From NCBI GenBank assembly GCA_019704295.1, contig AP024596.1, positions 1,472,001-1,536,000 of the forward strand: a stretch of DNA of 64,000 nucleotides, read 5' to 3'. Numbering within the stretch: position 1 is the stretch's first letter; each line of letters starts with the position of its first letter. The translations under genes and the position numbers were made by a program. Source of the DNA: Sulfolobales archaeon HS-7 (GTDB taxonomy: Archaea > Thermoproteota > Thermoprotei_A > Sulfolobales > Sulfolobaceae). Shown here in pieces: positions 18,462-28,108 of the stretch. Below the pieces are notes generated by a model. That model saw nothing but the letters and a program-made list of their open reading frames with translations. It was not told the origin of the DNA and did no database searches.

Positions 18462-19397
18462 ATGAAGAGGATTTACATAACGTCGCACGGCACGTTAAAG
18501 CGTAAGTCCAATACCCTGGCCTTCATAACGAAGGAGGGCACGAAGTTCATCCCGATAACTCAGGTTAGGTCAATTTACGCTTTCGGGGAGATCACCGTCA
18601 ATAAGAGAGTTCTCCATTTTCTGAGCAAGTACGGTGTCCCCATCCACTTCTTCTCTAAGAGGTACATAGGTAGCTTCCTACCTAAAAGCACTAATTTGTC
18701 GGGATTCGTACTGATCAAGCAGGTTCAAGCTTACCTCTCCGAAAAGAGGGTGAGGCTTGCCAGGTCTTTCGTGGAGGGTTCGATCAAGAACATGGCTCTA
18801 ATCCTAAGGGAGAACGGGGTGGACAACAGCGGGGTAAGGGGTTTTCTAAACAGGTTAGAAAAGGCCGAGAACGTAAACGAGGTAATGGGAATTGAGGGTT
18901 TGGCAAGGGAGGAGTACTACTCCAAATTGGATAAGGTGTTAGGGGGTTTGCTGGTCAAGAGGACCAGGAGACCTCCGGAGAACTGGGTCAACTCCATAAT
19001 GAGTTTGGGAAATACCATACTTTACATGGAGACACTGGATCAGATTATCCAAACTCAGTTAGATCCGAGGATTGGTTTCCTTCACTCCACTAACCTGAGA
19101 AAGCACAGTCTTAACCTGGACATAGCTGACGTGTTCAAGCCACTTATCGTTGACAGGCTTGTAATTTCCATGGTTAACAGGAAGGAGATTAGGAAGGAAG
19201 ACTTTGAGGCTGAGGGGATTAGGCTTAAGAGGGACGGACTAAGGAAGTTCGTGGCTAAATTCGATGAAAAGCTTGAGACGAGAGTGAAGGTGGGAAGGAG
19301 GAGGTTGTCCTACTCAACCCTGCTTAGGTATGAGGCTTACAAGGTGGAGAGGGACGTGATAGGGGACGCGGTTTACGTTCCGTATACAGCAAGGTAA
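18462..19397 (+). CDS. cas1: CRISPR-associated Cas1, subtype I-B
   Basis: MKRIYITSHGTLKRKSNT, MGIEG, RTRRPPENWVNS, GFLH, LNLDIADVFKP. ATG at 18462 preferred over TTG at 18447. Confidence 0.96.
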   Translation: MKRIYITSHGTLKRKSNTLAFITKEGTKFIPITQVRSIYAFGEITVNKRVLHFLSKYGVPIHFFSKRYIGSFLPKSTNLSGFVLIKQVQAYLSEKRVRLARSFVEGSIKNMALILRENGVDNSGVRGFLNRLEKAENVNEVMGIEGLAREEYYSKLDKVLGGLLVKRTRRPPENWVNSIMSLGNTILYMETLDQIIQTQLDPRIGFLHSTNLRKHSLNLDIADVFKPLIVDRLVISMVNRKEIRKEDFEAEGIRLKRDGLRKFVAKFDEKLETRVKVGRRRLSYSTLLRYEAYKVERDVIGDAVYVPYTAR

Positions 19398-19767
19398 TCC
19401 GGTGCATTAAGACTGCGGGTAGAAAGGTGTTGCTAGGTTTACGTACAGTAGATAGAAAGGTAATCCGGTCGGGATATTCATTTAGAGTGTGAAGCTATTC
19501 GAAACGAATTACTTGATCCCACGAATAAACTCTAAAGATCAACGCCCTTAACGCTCCTACATCCCTATCAGGGGATAACGCTTTTTGGTCTTTAAGTTAG
19601 CTGATTTAAGCGAAAACTTCCAACATATGTGAAACTCTTAAATACCCAAACTTAAGAAGACCTTACCATAATCCCTTCACTTCACTGAAGGATCATACAA
19701 AGATTTAGCAGTATGTGCCGTATCTTTTACTAGGTAAAATCGAGACCCCCATCTTTTTAAATTCAGG

Positions 19768-21516
19768 ATGCAATTTTCGATGATGTTTTCATCTCTTTTA
19801 GAACTTGGGAAAAATCGGGAGGTAACTCAGGAGGTAAAACTTCCAATAAAGAAATTGAAGAACACTAAAGGAGATCTCTGTTTCGTAATCTTCGATAACG
19901 ATAATAAACAGGTTAGGGTGGAGAGATATCGACTGTATAAAGGGGCAGAGGATGACCTTGCCTACATCGGTAATGCAGGACCTCAAAAGGATCAGGTGGA
20001 ATTAACCTCTAACAATATGAAATACGTGATCGGATTTGATAGGAAGGACAAGACTTCTCCTTCAGAAAAGTACTTAAAGAAGAAGTTCGCAATTCAGGTA
20101 GTTGCTGATAAATTGAGGGGAACGGAATTAGGTGAGATCTTAGGAAGGGTTCTAAACTGGTACAAACCAGACCCAATTAAGTATGCAGAGCTTAAACAGT
20201 ACAAAGATTGCGCACTATACTCAGTTAAGGTTATGGATCAAGGGAGGGAATTAACTGTTGCTAAAGATCCTAAGTACAGGGAATTATTATCAAAGGTGGG
20301 AGATACTGTTGATGGAGTGTGCCAGTTGTGCGGTTCACAAGGCGTACTCAAAAACCCGAATTATACTGACGGTTCAATTCTGAAAATCTTCATAACGGAT
20401 AAAAAGGGTTTCCTGCCGAATCATTCTAAAGATAACGTAATTCTCGCTCATGCGATCTGTCCTTCGTGCAAAAGGAGTCTTGAGTTAGGATGTAACTTTG
20501 TCCAGCAGGATCTGGTGGCGACTCTCGGTAAGCTTAACGCCTACATTATACCAGATTTGCCTAAGGAGGGACTCACACAATTCTTAGACCTTTACAAACC
20601 AAGTAAGGAGGGCTTCCTGCTAAAACATCTAGAAGACGTCAGAAAAGCGGAGAGGGATGTACAGGAGACTGCTGAATCCCTTGGAGTTGAGCCTAGGCTA
20701 ACTATAGTTTTCGGGAAAAGGGATAGAGCCAAATTCAGGGTATGGAGGGTAATCCCAGAGGTAAACTATATGAGACTTATCGAAGTGGTAAAGGCATTTG
20801 GCAAGGCCGCTGCCATTATGCAAGTTAAAGAGAATCCCTCATTCAATGATCTCTATTCCATTTTACCGGTAAGGGAAACCAGGAATGGCGTTGATCCCAG
20901 GTATTTTCTGGACTTCATGGAATCCCTCATTCAGGACTATCCCCTAGATCCCGGCCTGGTCTATAGAGTCTTCCTTGAGTCGATAAGGTGTAAGAGATAC
21001 AATACCTGTGAGAACAGCAAAACCAAAAAACATAGTTTAAGGAATATCGTGTTACTTCAGGAAACGTTTATATACTCAATGAAAATATTGGGTATTATGG
21101 GAGAGGAAATTGACAAGCAGGAGGAAGTAAATAAGGACAGAACTCCACAAGGAGTTGCAGATTCACTGGGTCTAAGGGGAGGGAAAAAAGGTCTATACTT
21201 ACTAGGATACCTCACAGCACAGGTAGGAAAGGAACAGGCGAAGAAGGGAGATGAGAAGAAAGCGATATTAGACAAGATAGACTTCGAGGGAATGGATTAC
21301 GATGATGTAATAACTTTCGCTAATAGACTAGTGGAGTCCCTGAGGGACTACAAAGTTTTCCACTACAATGAGGGAGTGCTGGGGGAAGCAATGAGGTTGA
21401 TCGCTGAGGACAGGAATTCCCTAGCGAATCCTCAGGAGAATGTCTTTCTGATCCTGTTAGGATACTCCTACAGTACGAAGCAGATATTCGAGAACAGTAA
21501 ACAAGTAGTTTCCTGA
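19768..21516 (+). CDS. cas8b: Type I-B large subunit Cas8b (Csh1/TM1802-like)
   Basis: CQLCG...FITDKKGF...AICPSC zinc motif, C-terminal GLYLLGYL...Q and FLILLGYSY; upstream of cas7. Confidence 0.88.
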   Translation: MQFSMMFSSLLELGKNREVTQEVKLPIKKLKNTKGDLCFVIFDNDNKQVRVERYRLYKGAEDDLAYIGNAGPQKDQVELTSNNMKYVIGFDRKDKTSPSEKYLKKKFAIQVVADKLRGTELGEILGRVLNWYKPDPIKYAELKQYKDCALYSVKVMDQGRELTVAKDPKYRELLSKVGDTVDGVCQLCGSQGVLKNPNYTDGSILKIFITDKKGFLPNHSKDNVILAHAICPSCKRSLELGCNFVQQDLVATLGKLNAYIIPDLPKEGLTQFLDLYKPSKEGFLLKHLEDVRKAERDVQETAESLGVEPRLTIVFGKRDRAKFRVWRVIPEVNYMRLIEVVKAFGKAAAIMQVKENPSFNDLYSILPVRETRNGVDPRYFLDFMESLIQDYPLDPGLVYRVFLESIRCKRYNTCENSKTKKHSLRNIVLLQETFIYSMKILGIMGEEIDKQEEVNKDRTPQGVADSLGLRGGKKGLYLLGYLTAQVGKEQAKKGDEKKAILDKIDFEGMDYDDVITFANRLVESLRDYKVFHYNEGVLGEAMRLIAEDRNSLANPQENVFLILLGYSYSTKQIFENSKQVVS

Positions 21517-22014
21517 ATTGAACATTAAAAGGTAGGGCTTTTATTTGAAATAACCTTCTTCAAGGTCATCAATTAACATTGCACGATATAATCGTGATAG
21601 GAATAAAGTCTTGGCGTTTAGAGTCGAGGAGGTGGGTAATACTCAATAACTTAATCAGTAAAATTCGTAAAGGGATTTTGTCCCAATCCCCCCGTACCTT
21701 CTGAGCAATGAAATGTATTCATTCCTAAAGGCTCATGACGTTGTAGTTTTTATTGTTATAAAGATAAAGGGGTTTGAATTCACCCATCCATACTATCTTG
21801 AAATGGGTATACCTATTAACTGGTATGCTGAAAATACGCGGAACTCCCGGGAACTTGAGTAATGGAAGACGTGAAGGCCTATTCACAACTCAGTGAATTG
21901 CCTCACTCAGTTACATGCAAAAAACTCTAGTTCTCATACCGCATTAACTAAGGAATTTTCCTAGAGATCTAGGTCTCGTAAAGCTTTATATAGTTTTAGA
22001 TATTATCATAGTGT

Positions 22015-22950
22015 ATGAGTACAAATTCTCCTTCTAAAAACTCCGAAATATTGCTTATTTACGAGGTCAAAATGGCGAACCCGAACGGAGATCCCGACGA
22101 TGAGAATAGACCAAGAATGGATCCGAAAACGAAGACAAACATAGTTACAGACGTGAGGATAAAAAGGTTTTTCAGGGATCTCATCATAGAGAGGGAGGGA
22201 GAGAACGCGATATGGGTGTCTAAAGTTGATGGGAAAATCGTAAACGCTACTAATAAAATAGAGAAATTCCAAACTTATGAAGATATGCTAAAGTCGTGCA
22301 TTGACGCTAGGCTCTTTGGTGCTACTATACCTAAAATGGGACGTAAAAAGGGTGAAGGGAAAGAGAAGGGCGAGTCCATATCGTTTACAGGTCCTCTACA
22401 ACTGACCTGGGGTTACTCGTTGCACAAGGTAGACTTAATGGATACCAGGAGTATAACATCTACATTCTCTTCTGGAAGGAAGGAGGGTTCTGAACGGGAG
22501 GAAGATGAGGAAACAACAGGTAAAGAGTACGGAACAATAGGTAAGGATTACAGGGTGTACTACTCCCTTATAGCGTTTTACGGGGCTTTCAGCTATAGGA
22601 GAGCCTTGAAGACCAACGCGACTAAGGAGGATTTAAGGAAATTCGAAAACTTACTTTGGGATGCTATACTCTCACAATCGGTTACCAGGAGCAAGATAGG
22701 TCATTACCCCCACATCTACATGAGAGTTGAGTGGAACGAACAGGACAAATTCGAGGGAGACCTGAGGAGGTACATAAAGGTTAAGGAGAAAAAGGACGCC
22801 GTAAGATCCCTAGAGGACCTGGAGCTGGACTTCTCTCAACTAATCGCAAAGGTTAGCGGAGCAACGGTATACGGAAGGTGTTCACAGGAGATGAACTTCG
22901 TCTGCGACAAGCTAAAGCAAGTGGCAAAGTTCATCTCAATTCCGTATTAG
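22015..22950 (+). CDS. cas7: Type I-B Cas7 (Csh2)
   Basis: ANPNGDPDDENRPRMD, VTDVRIKR, DARLFGA, FTGPLQ. Confidence 0.95.
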   Translation: MSTNSPSKNSEILLIYEVKMANPNGDPDDENRPRMDPKTKTNIVTDVRIKRFFRDLIIEREGENAIWVSKVDGKIVNATNKIEKFQTYEDMLKSCIDARLFGATIPKMGRKKGEGKEKGESISFTGPLQLTWGYSLHKVDLMDTRSITSTFSSGRKEGSEREEDEETTGKEYGTIGKDYRVYYSLIAFYGAFSYRRALKTNATKEDLRKFENLLWDAILSQSVTRSKIGHYPHIYMRVEWNEQDKFEGDLRRYIKVKEKKDAVRSLEDLELDFSQLIAKVSGATVYGRCSQEMNFVCDKLKQVAKFISIPY

Positions 22951-22958
22951 GTGTTAAC

Positions 22959-23657
22959 GTGAAGGTATTAAGAGCAGTAATTAAGGGTAAGATGGCTCAC
23001 TTTAGAAAGGTTTACAGTAACTCCACCTCCTTGTCTTATTACTTTCCACCTAGAACGACAGTCCTAGGAATTATCGCAGCCGCGCTGGGAAAGGAAAGGG
23101 ACAGCTACTACTCGGAGTTTAATGTCTACAATGTAGGGGTTGCGACCTTAACTCCTCTGAGGAAGTTAGTTACAGCAGAGGACATTCTAGACACGGATGA
23201 ACTTAACACAACCAAGTTTAGAGGATTTAGTAATAGAGTTCCCACGACCAAGGAAATCGTGATAGCGTCAAGGGGCGATTTCCTAAGTTACGAGATTTTC
23301 ATAAATCCCCTTAATCAAGAATTGGAAAAGAGTATGAGGGAGCCTGTCTACCCCCTATCCCTGGGCCCCGCTAACATGTTGGCCTGGGTTGATGAGGTTG
23401 AGGAGGTGGACTGTGACGAGTTGCCGTCAGGAAGCGCAGAGGTGGTAGGGGCTGTTCCGGCGGAGGTAAAGGTCAAGTTCTCCTCCAAAGTTCAGATTTC
23501 CTTAGAGGACACCGTACCCCGTGATTTCTCATCGGGGAGAGTTCCCGGAAGGGCAAGGAACTACTACTTTTCCGTAAACGGTTCGCCTTACGAAATAGAG
23601 TACAATTCTCCCTTGAATGGCGTAATGTGTAATGGGCGTGGAGTAGTATTCCTTTAA
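22959..23657 (+). CDS. cas5: Type I-B Cas5
   Basis: GKMAHFRKVYSNSTSLSYYFPPRTTVLGIIAAALG, YPLSLG. GTG start 9 nt after the cas7 stop. Confidence 0.93.
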   Translation: MKVLRAVIKGKMAHFRKVYSNSTSLSYYFPPRTTVLGIIAAALGKERDSYYSEFNVYNVGVATLTPLRKLVTAEDILDTDELNTTKFRGFSNRVPTTKEIVIASRGDFLSYEIFINPLNQELEKSMREPVYPLSLGPANMLAWVDEVEEVDCDELPSGSAEVVGAVPAEVKVKFSSKVQISLEDTVPRDFSSGRVPGRARNYYFSVNGSPYEIEYNSPLNGVMCNGRGVVFL

Positions 23658-24376
23658 GGTTTTGCATTAAACTGAGGAGTATATCAGGAGAAATACCCGT
23701 ACACTACAACTACTTCATAGAGTCGATGATCTATCGCCACCTCCCTCCGAAGACCAGGAAATCCCTACATGAGAACGGTGTCAGGCAGGGTCCAAGGAAA
23801 TTCAAGCTTTTCACGTTCTCCAGACTTTACGGGGACTTCGTCAGAAGAGACAATTCCCTGATCTTCAGGGACTTCGCTTACCTGTGCATATCCTCTGTAC
23901 TAACGAGGGAAATGAGGCTTCTCATAAACAGTCTGTCAAAGGAGTCGTCAATAAGAATTGGAAAGTGCGTTCTTAATGTGGACAGCATGAGGGTTCTTGA
24001 GTTTCCCGACAACGAGGAACGGGAGTTTTACACGTTATCGCCTATAGTAGTGACGAAGAGGACTAACGAGACCAAGTACTTATTACCCTTTGATGACGAA
24101 TACAACATGAGGTTATCCCTGAACCTAAAGAGAAAGGTTAAGGCAGTTACAGGAAGGGAACCAATGTCAGAGATCAAGTTCAGATTCCTAAAATGGAGGA
24201 GGGTGATCACCCTTTACAAGGGAAACCCCGTTATTGGAGTTATGGGAAAGTTTAAACTCTACTCAACTAAAACTGAATTGAAGGTCGGATATTTCGCGGG
24301 TCTCGGTGTGAAGAACAGTCAGGGATTCGGAATGTTCGAATTTGAAGGGATTAGCGTAAGGGATTTACTGGGATAA
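23654..24376 (+). CDS. cas6: CRISPR endoribonuclease Cas6; the expected start codon reads TTA and the first ATG is at 23726
   Basis: FKLFTFS, TLSPIVV, G-loop GLGVKNSQGFG. In-frame upstream LRFCIKLRSISGEIPVHYNYFIES is the typical Cas6 N-terminus. Confidence 0.9.
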   Translation, partial: LRFCIKLRSISGEIPVHYNYFIESMIYRHLPPKTRKSLHENGVRQGPRKFKLFTFSRLYGDFVRRDNSLIFRDFAYLCISSVLTREMRLLINSLSKESSIRIGKCVLNVDSMRVLEFPDNEEREFYTLSPIVVTKRTNETKYLLPFDDEYNMRLSLNLKRKVKAVTGREPMSEIKFRFLKWRRVITLYKGNPVIGVMGKFKLYSTKTELKVGYFAGLGVKNSQGFGMFEFEGISVRDLLG

Positions 24377-24593
24377 TAAGAAGAGGATGAAAGACGCCTT
24401 GAGGGCGATATTGGTTTTTCTTAAATTTGATTTACAGAAGGGAGAATGTAATAGGGTAAACCGTGAGCGTATTCCTACTTCCTGACGGATTAACTAGATT
24501 CGTTAATAATCTGAACACGGGATGGATCCTCGAAGACCGCACGTGCATCAAGTAAAAATTGCATCGTGGAATGCGTTTAAGAGCGCAACATAT

Positions 24594-25004
24594 CTATTCA
24601 ATATAAGTTACCTTAATGTACTTAACTCCAACGTCGGATTGCCTCTTATCACTACTTAGTAATTCGTCATTCATGGCCTTTGCCAATGCTATGAACAAGG
24701 AATCATAAAGGGACAACCCCTCCTTTACGCTTATATTTAATGCCTCCTTAACGTAACTCCCACTCTCCTTAATCTCCACTACACTGGTGAAAAGATCTAT
24801 TGAGGCAACTAGTTTCTCGAGGTCTACTTTTCCCCTCAATAAATACACCTTTTTCCACAAAATGTTATATAATTCTATGATGGCTAAATCAAGCGAAATT
24901 ATTTTGTTTTCTTTCTCAATTCTCTCTTCGACTTTATCCCAATTTTTCTCCCTAAATAGATACTTAGCAATAGTAGAAGTGTCAATGACCGCTATCTCTA
25001 TCAT
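24594..25004 (-). CDS. vapC: VapC PIN-domain toxin
   Basis: AVIDTSTIAKY, LSLYDSLFIALA, LLSSD. Confidence 0.9.
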   Translation of the reverse strand: MIEIAVIDTSTIAKYLFREKNWDKVEERIEKENKIISLDLAIIELYNILWKKVYLLRGKVDLEKLVASIDLFTSVVEIKESGSYVKEALNISVKEGLSLYDSLFIALAKAMNDELLSSDKRQSDVGVKYIKVTYIE

Positions 25005-25215
25005 CCCTCAATAACTTATCGTGAAGTCCTATTTCTTCCTCCTGTAAATTCCCTAGGATTCCGTCAATTTCCTGTAATACCCTTCTCTTCTTTATCTCCC
25101 TTAATTTCTCCTCAATGAACTTCTCCATTTCCTTACTCCAATCTACTTCATGCTTATACCTCTCCATTTCATCACGCAACTCTTTTCTTATCCTAACACT
25201 GTAAACAGTTTTCAT
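24982..25215 (-). CDS. vapB: VapB (CopG/RHH-like) antitoxin
   Basis: MKTVYSVRIRKELRDEMERYKHEVDWSKE; overlaps vapC. Confidence 0.85.
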   Translation of the reverse strand: MKTVYSVRIRKELRDEMERYKHEVDWSKEMEKFIEEKLREIKKRRVLQEIDGILGNLQEEEIGLHDKLLRDDRDSGH

Positions 25216-26145
25216 AGATGAATGTTGTATACAGGGAAATATAAATCTAAAGGGAGTACACTGATCATAAAATGAGGTTAAATATTACGCGATGATATAC
25301 TATCCGCGATAAGCGCTGTTTTAAAAACTAAATTTTGGGATAAAAATAACACCTACTGTGACTGTCAATCAGCACGATAATATAAGCGGATAATGAGAGA
25401 TTGAATATCTTTGCTGATTTCGTAAGCTGGGAAAAATCCCACTATGCCCTAATTAACCATAGAACTTATAACGCTGAAAACCCCGCTTCGACAACAATTT
25501 TTGAGTTGTGTGGTTAGATGCGACTATACTTAATGAATTAATTTTATATTATTCCTTTTATTATTAAATAAATTGAATTTTCACAAAACATTTTTATAAC
25601 CTCTTGTTTATCTAGATATTCCTACTGATTATTCATTCGACAGATCATAAGTTAGGGGACGTTATGCTTAGCCAGACACTATAGGGCAAGCGCTGATCCT
25701 CTCACCTAGAGAATGTGCTCGTTTTACACCAATAGTAGTCTTGTCCTTAATTAACTCAGCGAGCATAATTAGTCCTTACCTATTTAGGACTTGATGGGGG
25801 AAAGCTGAAACTAATTTTTAACCTCTTTGAAGACTGTAAAGCGTTTTTCAGCTGTAGCGGGGAGAAAAATGAATTTTTTACTAACATGTATATATTTTGT
25901 CAGACTTTAAAAACCAAGGTTTCCAGTTAGCATATAATAAACCTTGAAAAGTATGATTCACAGTGGTCCACAGAGTTAAACGTGTTATGTATACCTCATG
26001 AGAGATTTCCCTACCCTCAAGGTCCGACTATGTATAAGAGCTTACTAAGGAGAGGTTACTTAATTAAGCGACTTGTTAAGAGGCGACCTTTTCCCTACTT
26101 TACCTGATGTGAGCTTTTACTTCCTTCATAAATGAGGCTTGTCGT

Positions 26146-27603
26146 TCAATTGTGTTTAGGTCGCCATTTTCTATATCTTTCTCTTGGAACATACCTCACA
26201 CTTCTCCTTCTTCTCCTTCTCATAATCTTCCTTATAAGACTATAAATACCGAAAAACACCAAAAATATGAATACAAAGCCTATGATAAGATATACGACTC
26301 CAGATTGTAACTGAGATGTTGATGAGGAATTATAAACAAGATAAAGCCTCGGTAGTTCGTTTACAGTTATCTGTTTCCAAAATACGTCGTTTCCAAGTAC
26401 GACAAATGCCGTACCGTTAACGTTAACTACCATAAGGTTATCTGAGGCCTCCTCCGTCACACCAAAAGAGTAAAATGAGGAAGGTGTAATAACTGTTCCG
26501 TTGAGTAGCACCATCTGAAGTCCTAGGCTAGCATTCATCTTCTCAAAAAATGTGTGTTCCCCGTTACTTTCTCCTGCAAACACTAAGTCGAGATCGTATG
26601 GGTCGCGACTTGGCGTCATATTAAACGGGTTGATAAGCAGAGATGCAGAGACTGTGCCGAGTTGATGAATCGTGACGTTATCATACCACATTATCCCCGG
26701 ACCTAGGTTATACCCGAACGAAACGGATACGGAACTGGCGGATATGAAATCTAATCTCGTGTAGAGGATAACCGAAAACGGATACGAGTAGTTTCCGCTT
26801 GTTCCAAATGACGCATAATAATAGTCGTTTTCATTTTTGTAGAAGTATACGTGACCGTCTCCGGTTACTGTAGAGTTACTGAGAAACGACCTTTCAGCGG
26901 TATAGTTCCATACATTGTCTTCTATATAGAAGGAGTTATTGTTTGTTAGAAAGTCAACTACGTTCTGTAGCCAGTAGTCATAAGTGCCATAAGTGGTGTT
27001 AACCTGTAATACCGCGTTCATCTGTAAGCCAGCGCCCCAAGGACTTGTCCCTTTAGGCGGGGTAGAGTTGTAGGCAAGTATTGAATAAACGGTTGCATAC
27101 CCTATTGCCTCCTGATAAGGTATTATAGTTCCTACTATTGTCCCTGACTCATTTGCGACACCGTAGAAACCTAACCCTATCGGGGCTGGTAATGAGGAGT
27201 GGTAGGTTAAGGGAAGTATAGGTAATACGGTAGCTCTAAGACACGTGCTAATTACACTATTCGTGATGTTGTTATAAGCCAACACAAAATATTCCCCTTC
27301 GCTTAATGGCTTGAAGTTCTGATTAACGCTCTGCGTAACTATTGTATAAAGAGAGGAAGTTCTCTGACCTTGACGAAACTCATTGAATTGTTGCTGGTTC
27401 ATTATCATAAACGTGACTGGTGAGGAGGCGTATAATTTTACGTGAATGAACTGACCGTTGTATACCGTAACATTGTAGTAGAGATAATAGTTAGGTTGTA
27501 ATGAAGTGACCCCAGAGCTTTGGGCATTAAGTAGAGATAATGGGGTTAACGGAAGAGTTAAAAGTGCAAGAAATATCATTCGAACCCATTTAGACAATAG
27601 CAT
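26146..27603 (-). CDS. Thermopsin-family (peptidase A5) membrane-anchored protease
   Basis: Signal peptide, PAPIGLGFYG, LQMNAVL, YWLQNVVDF, DLVFAG, C-terminal TM and Arg-rich tail. Start chosen at MLLSK. Confidence 0.88.
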   Translation of the reverse strand: MLLSKWVRMIFLALLTLPLTPLSLLNAQSSGVTSLQPNYYLYYNVTVYNGQFIHVKLYASSPVTFMIMNQQQFNEFRQGQRTSSLYTIVTQSVNQNFKPLSEGEYFVLAYNNITNSVISTCLRATVLPILPLTYHSSLPAPIGLGFYGVANESGTIVGTIIPYQEAIGYATVYSILAYNSTPPKGTSPWGAGLQMNAVLQVNTTYGTYDYWLQNVVDFLTNNNSFYIEDNVWNYTAERSFLSNSTVTGDGHVYFYKNENDYYYASFGTSGNYSYPFSVILYTRLDFISASSVSVSFGYNLGPGIMWYDNVTIHQLGTVSASLLINPFNMTPSRDPYDLDLVFAGESNGEHTFFEKMNASLGLQMVLLNGTVITPSSFYSFGVTEEASDNLMVVNVNGTAFVVLGNDVFWKQITVNELPRLYLVYNSSSTSQLQSGVVYLIIGFVFIFLVFFGIYSLIRKIMRRRRRRSVRYVPRERYRKWRPKHN

Positions 27604-28108
27604 CGCTTCATCATCATATAGTAGGGTAAATAAATCTTCATATATACACGTATAATACACGTCACTATGTTTTTTGTTCTCAGTAACCTTTCGTGATTTT
27701 GGTATAAGGGCCTAAACAAAAAGGGGAAAATCACAACACTTTAGTTATGGAATGAACTCAGGGCTCAATTAAGTCTCTGAAAAACTAAATTCCCGAAGGA
27801 TAGACAATCAGGAACGCTTTTAGTGATAAAGCTAAACAAGTCGGGAGGAGGGATATTCACGAGTCCTTTCCAAATTCAGTTTATTTTAAGAGAAAGTGCG
27901 AATTTATTTGAATATTATTGAATCTACAGTGTAGGGATTTATGCGTAGTTTAATTATTATACTATCTTATTCACAAATTAAAATGTGAAAAGAACCCTAA
28001 ATTACATATTAGGATTTTCTACGCTCCCACTTACACCTTAGATGAGATATGAAGTGGGTATCATAGGATCGGATAACTCACATTTTGAGATACATCTCCG
28101 GAAATTAG

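Noticed and set aside
21517-22014. CreTA/CreR-like mini-array in the cas8b-cas7 gap
   Set aside because: Only weak partial resemblance to the repeat (GTTGTAGTTTT...AGGGGTTTGAA) and no convincing pair of pseudo-repeats. A sensitive alignment and small-RNA data would be needed.
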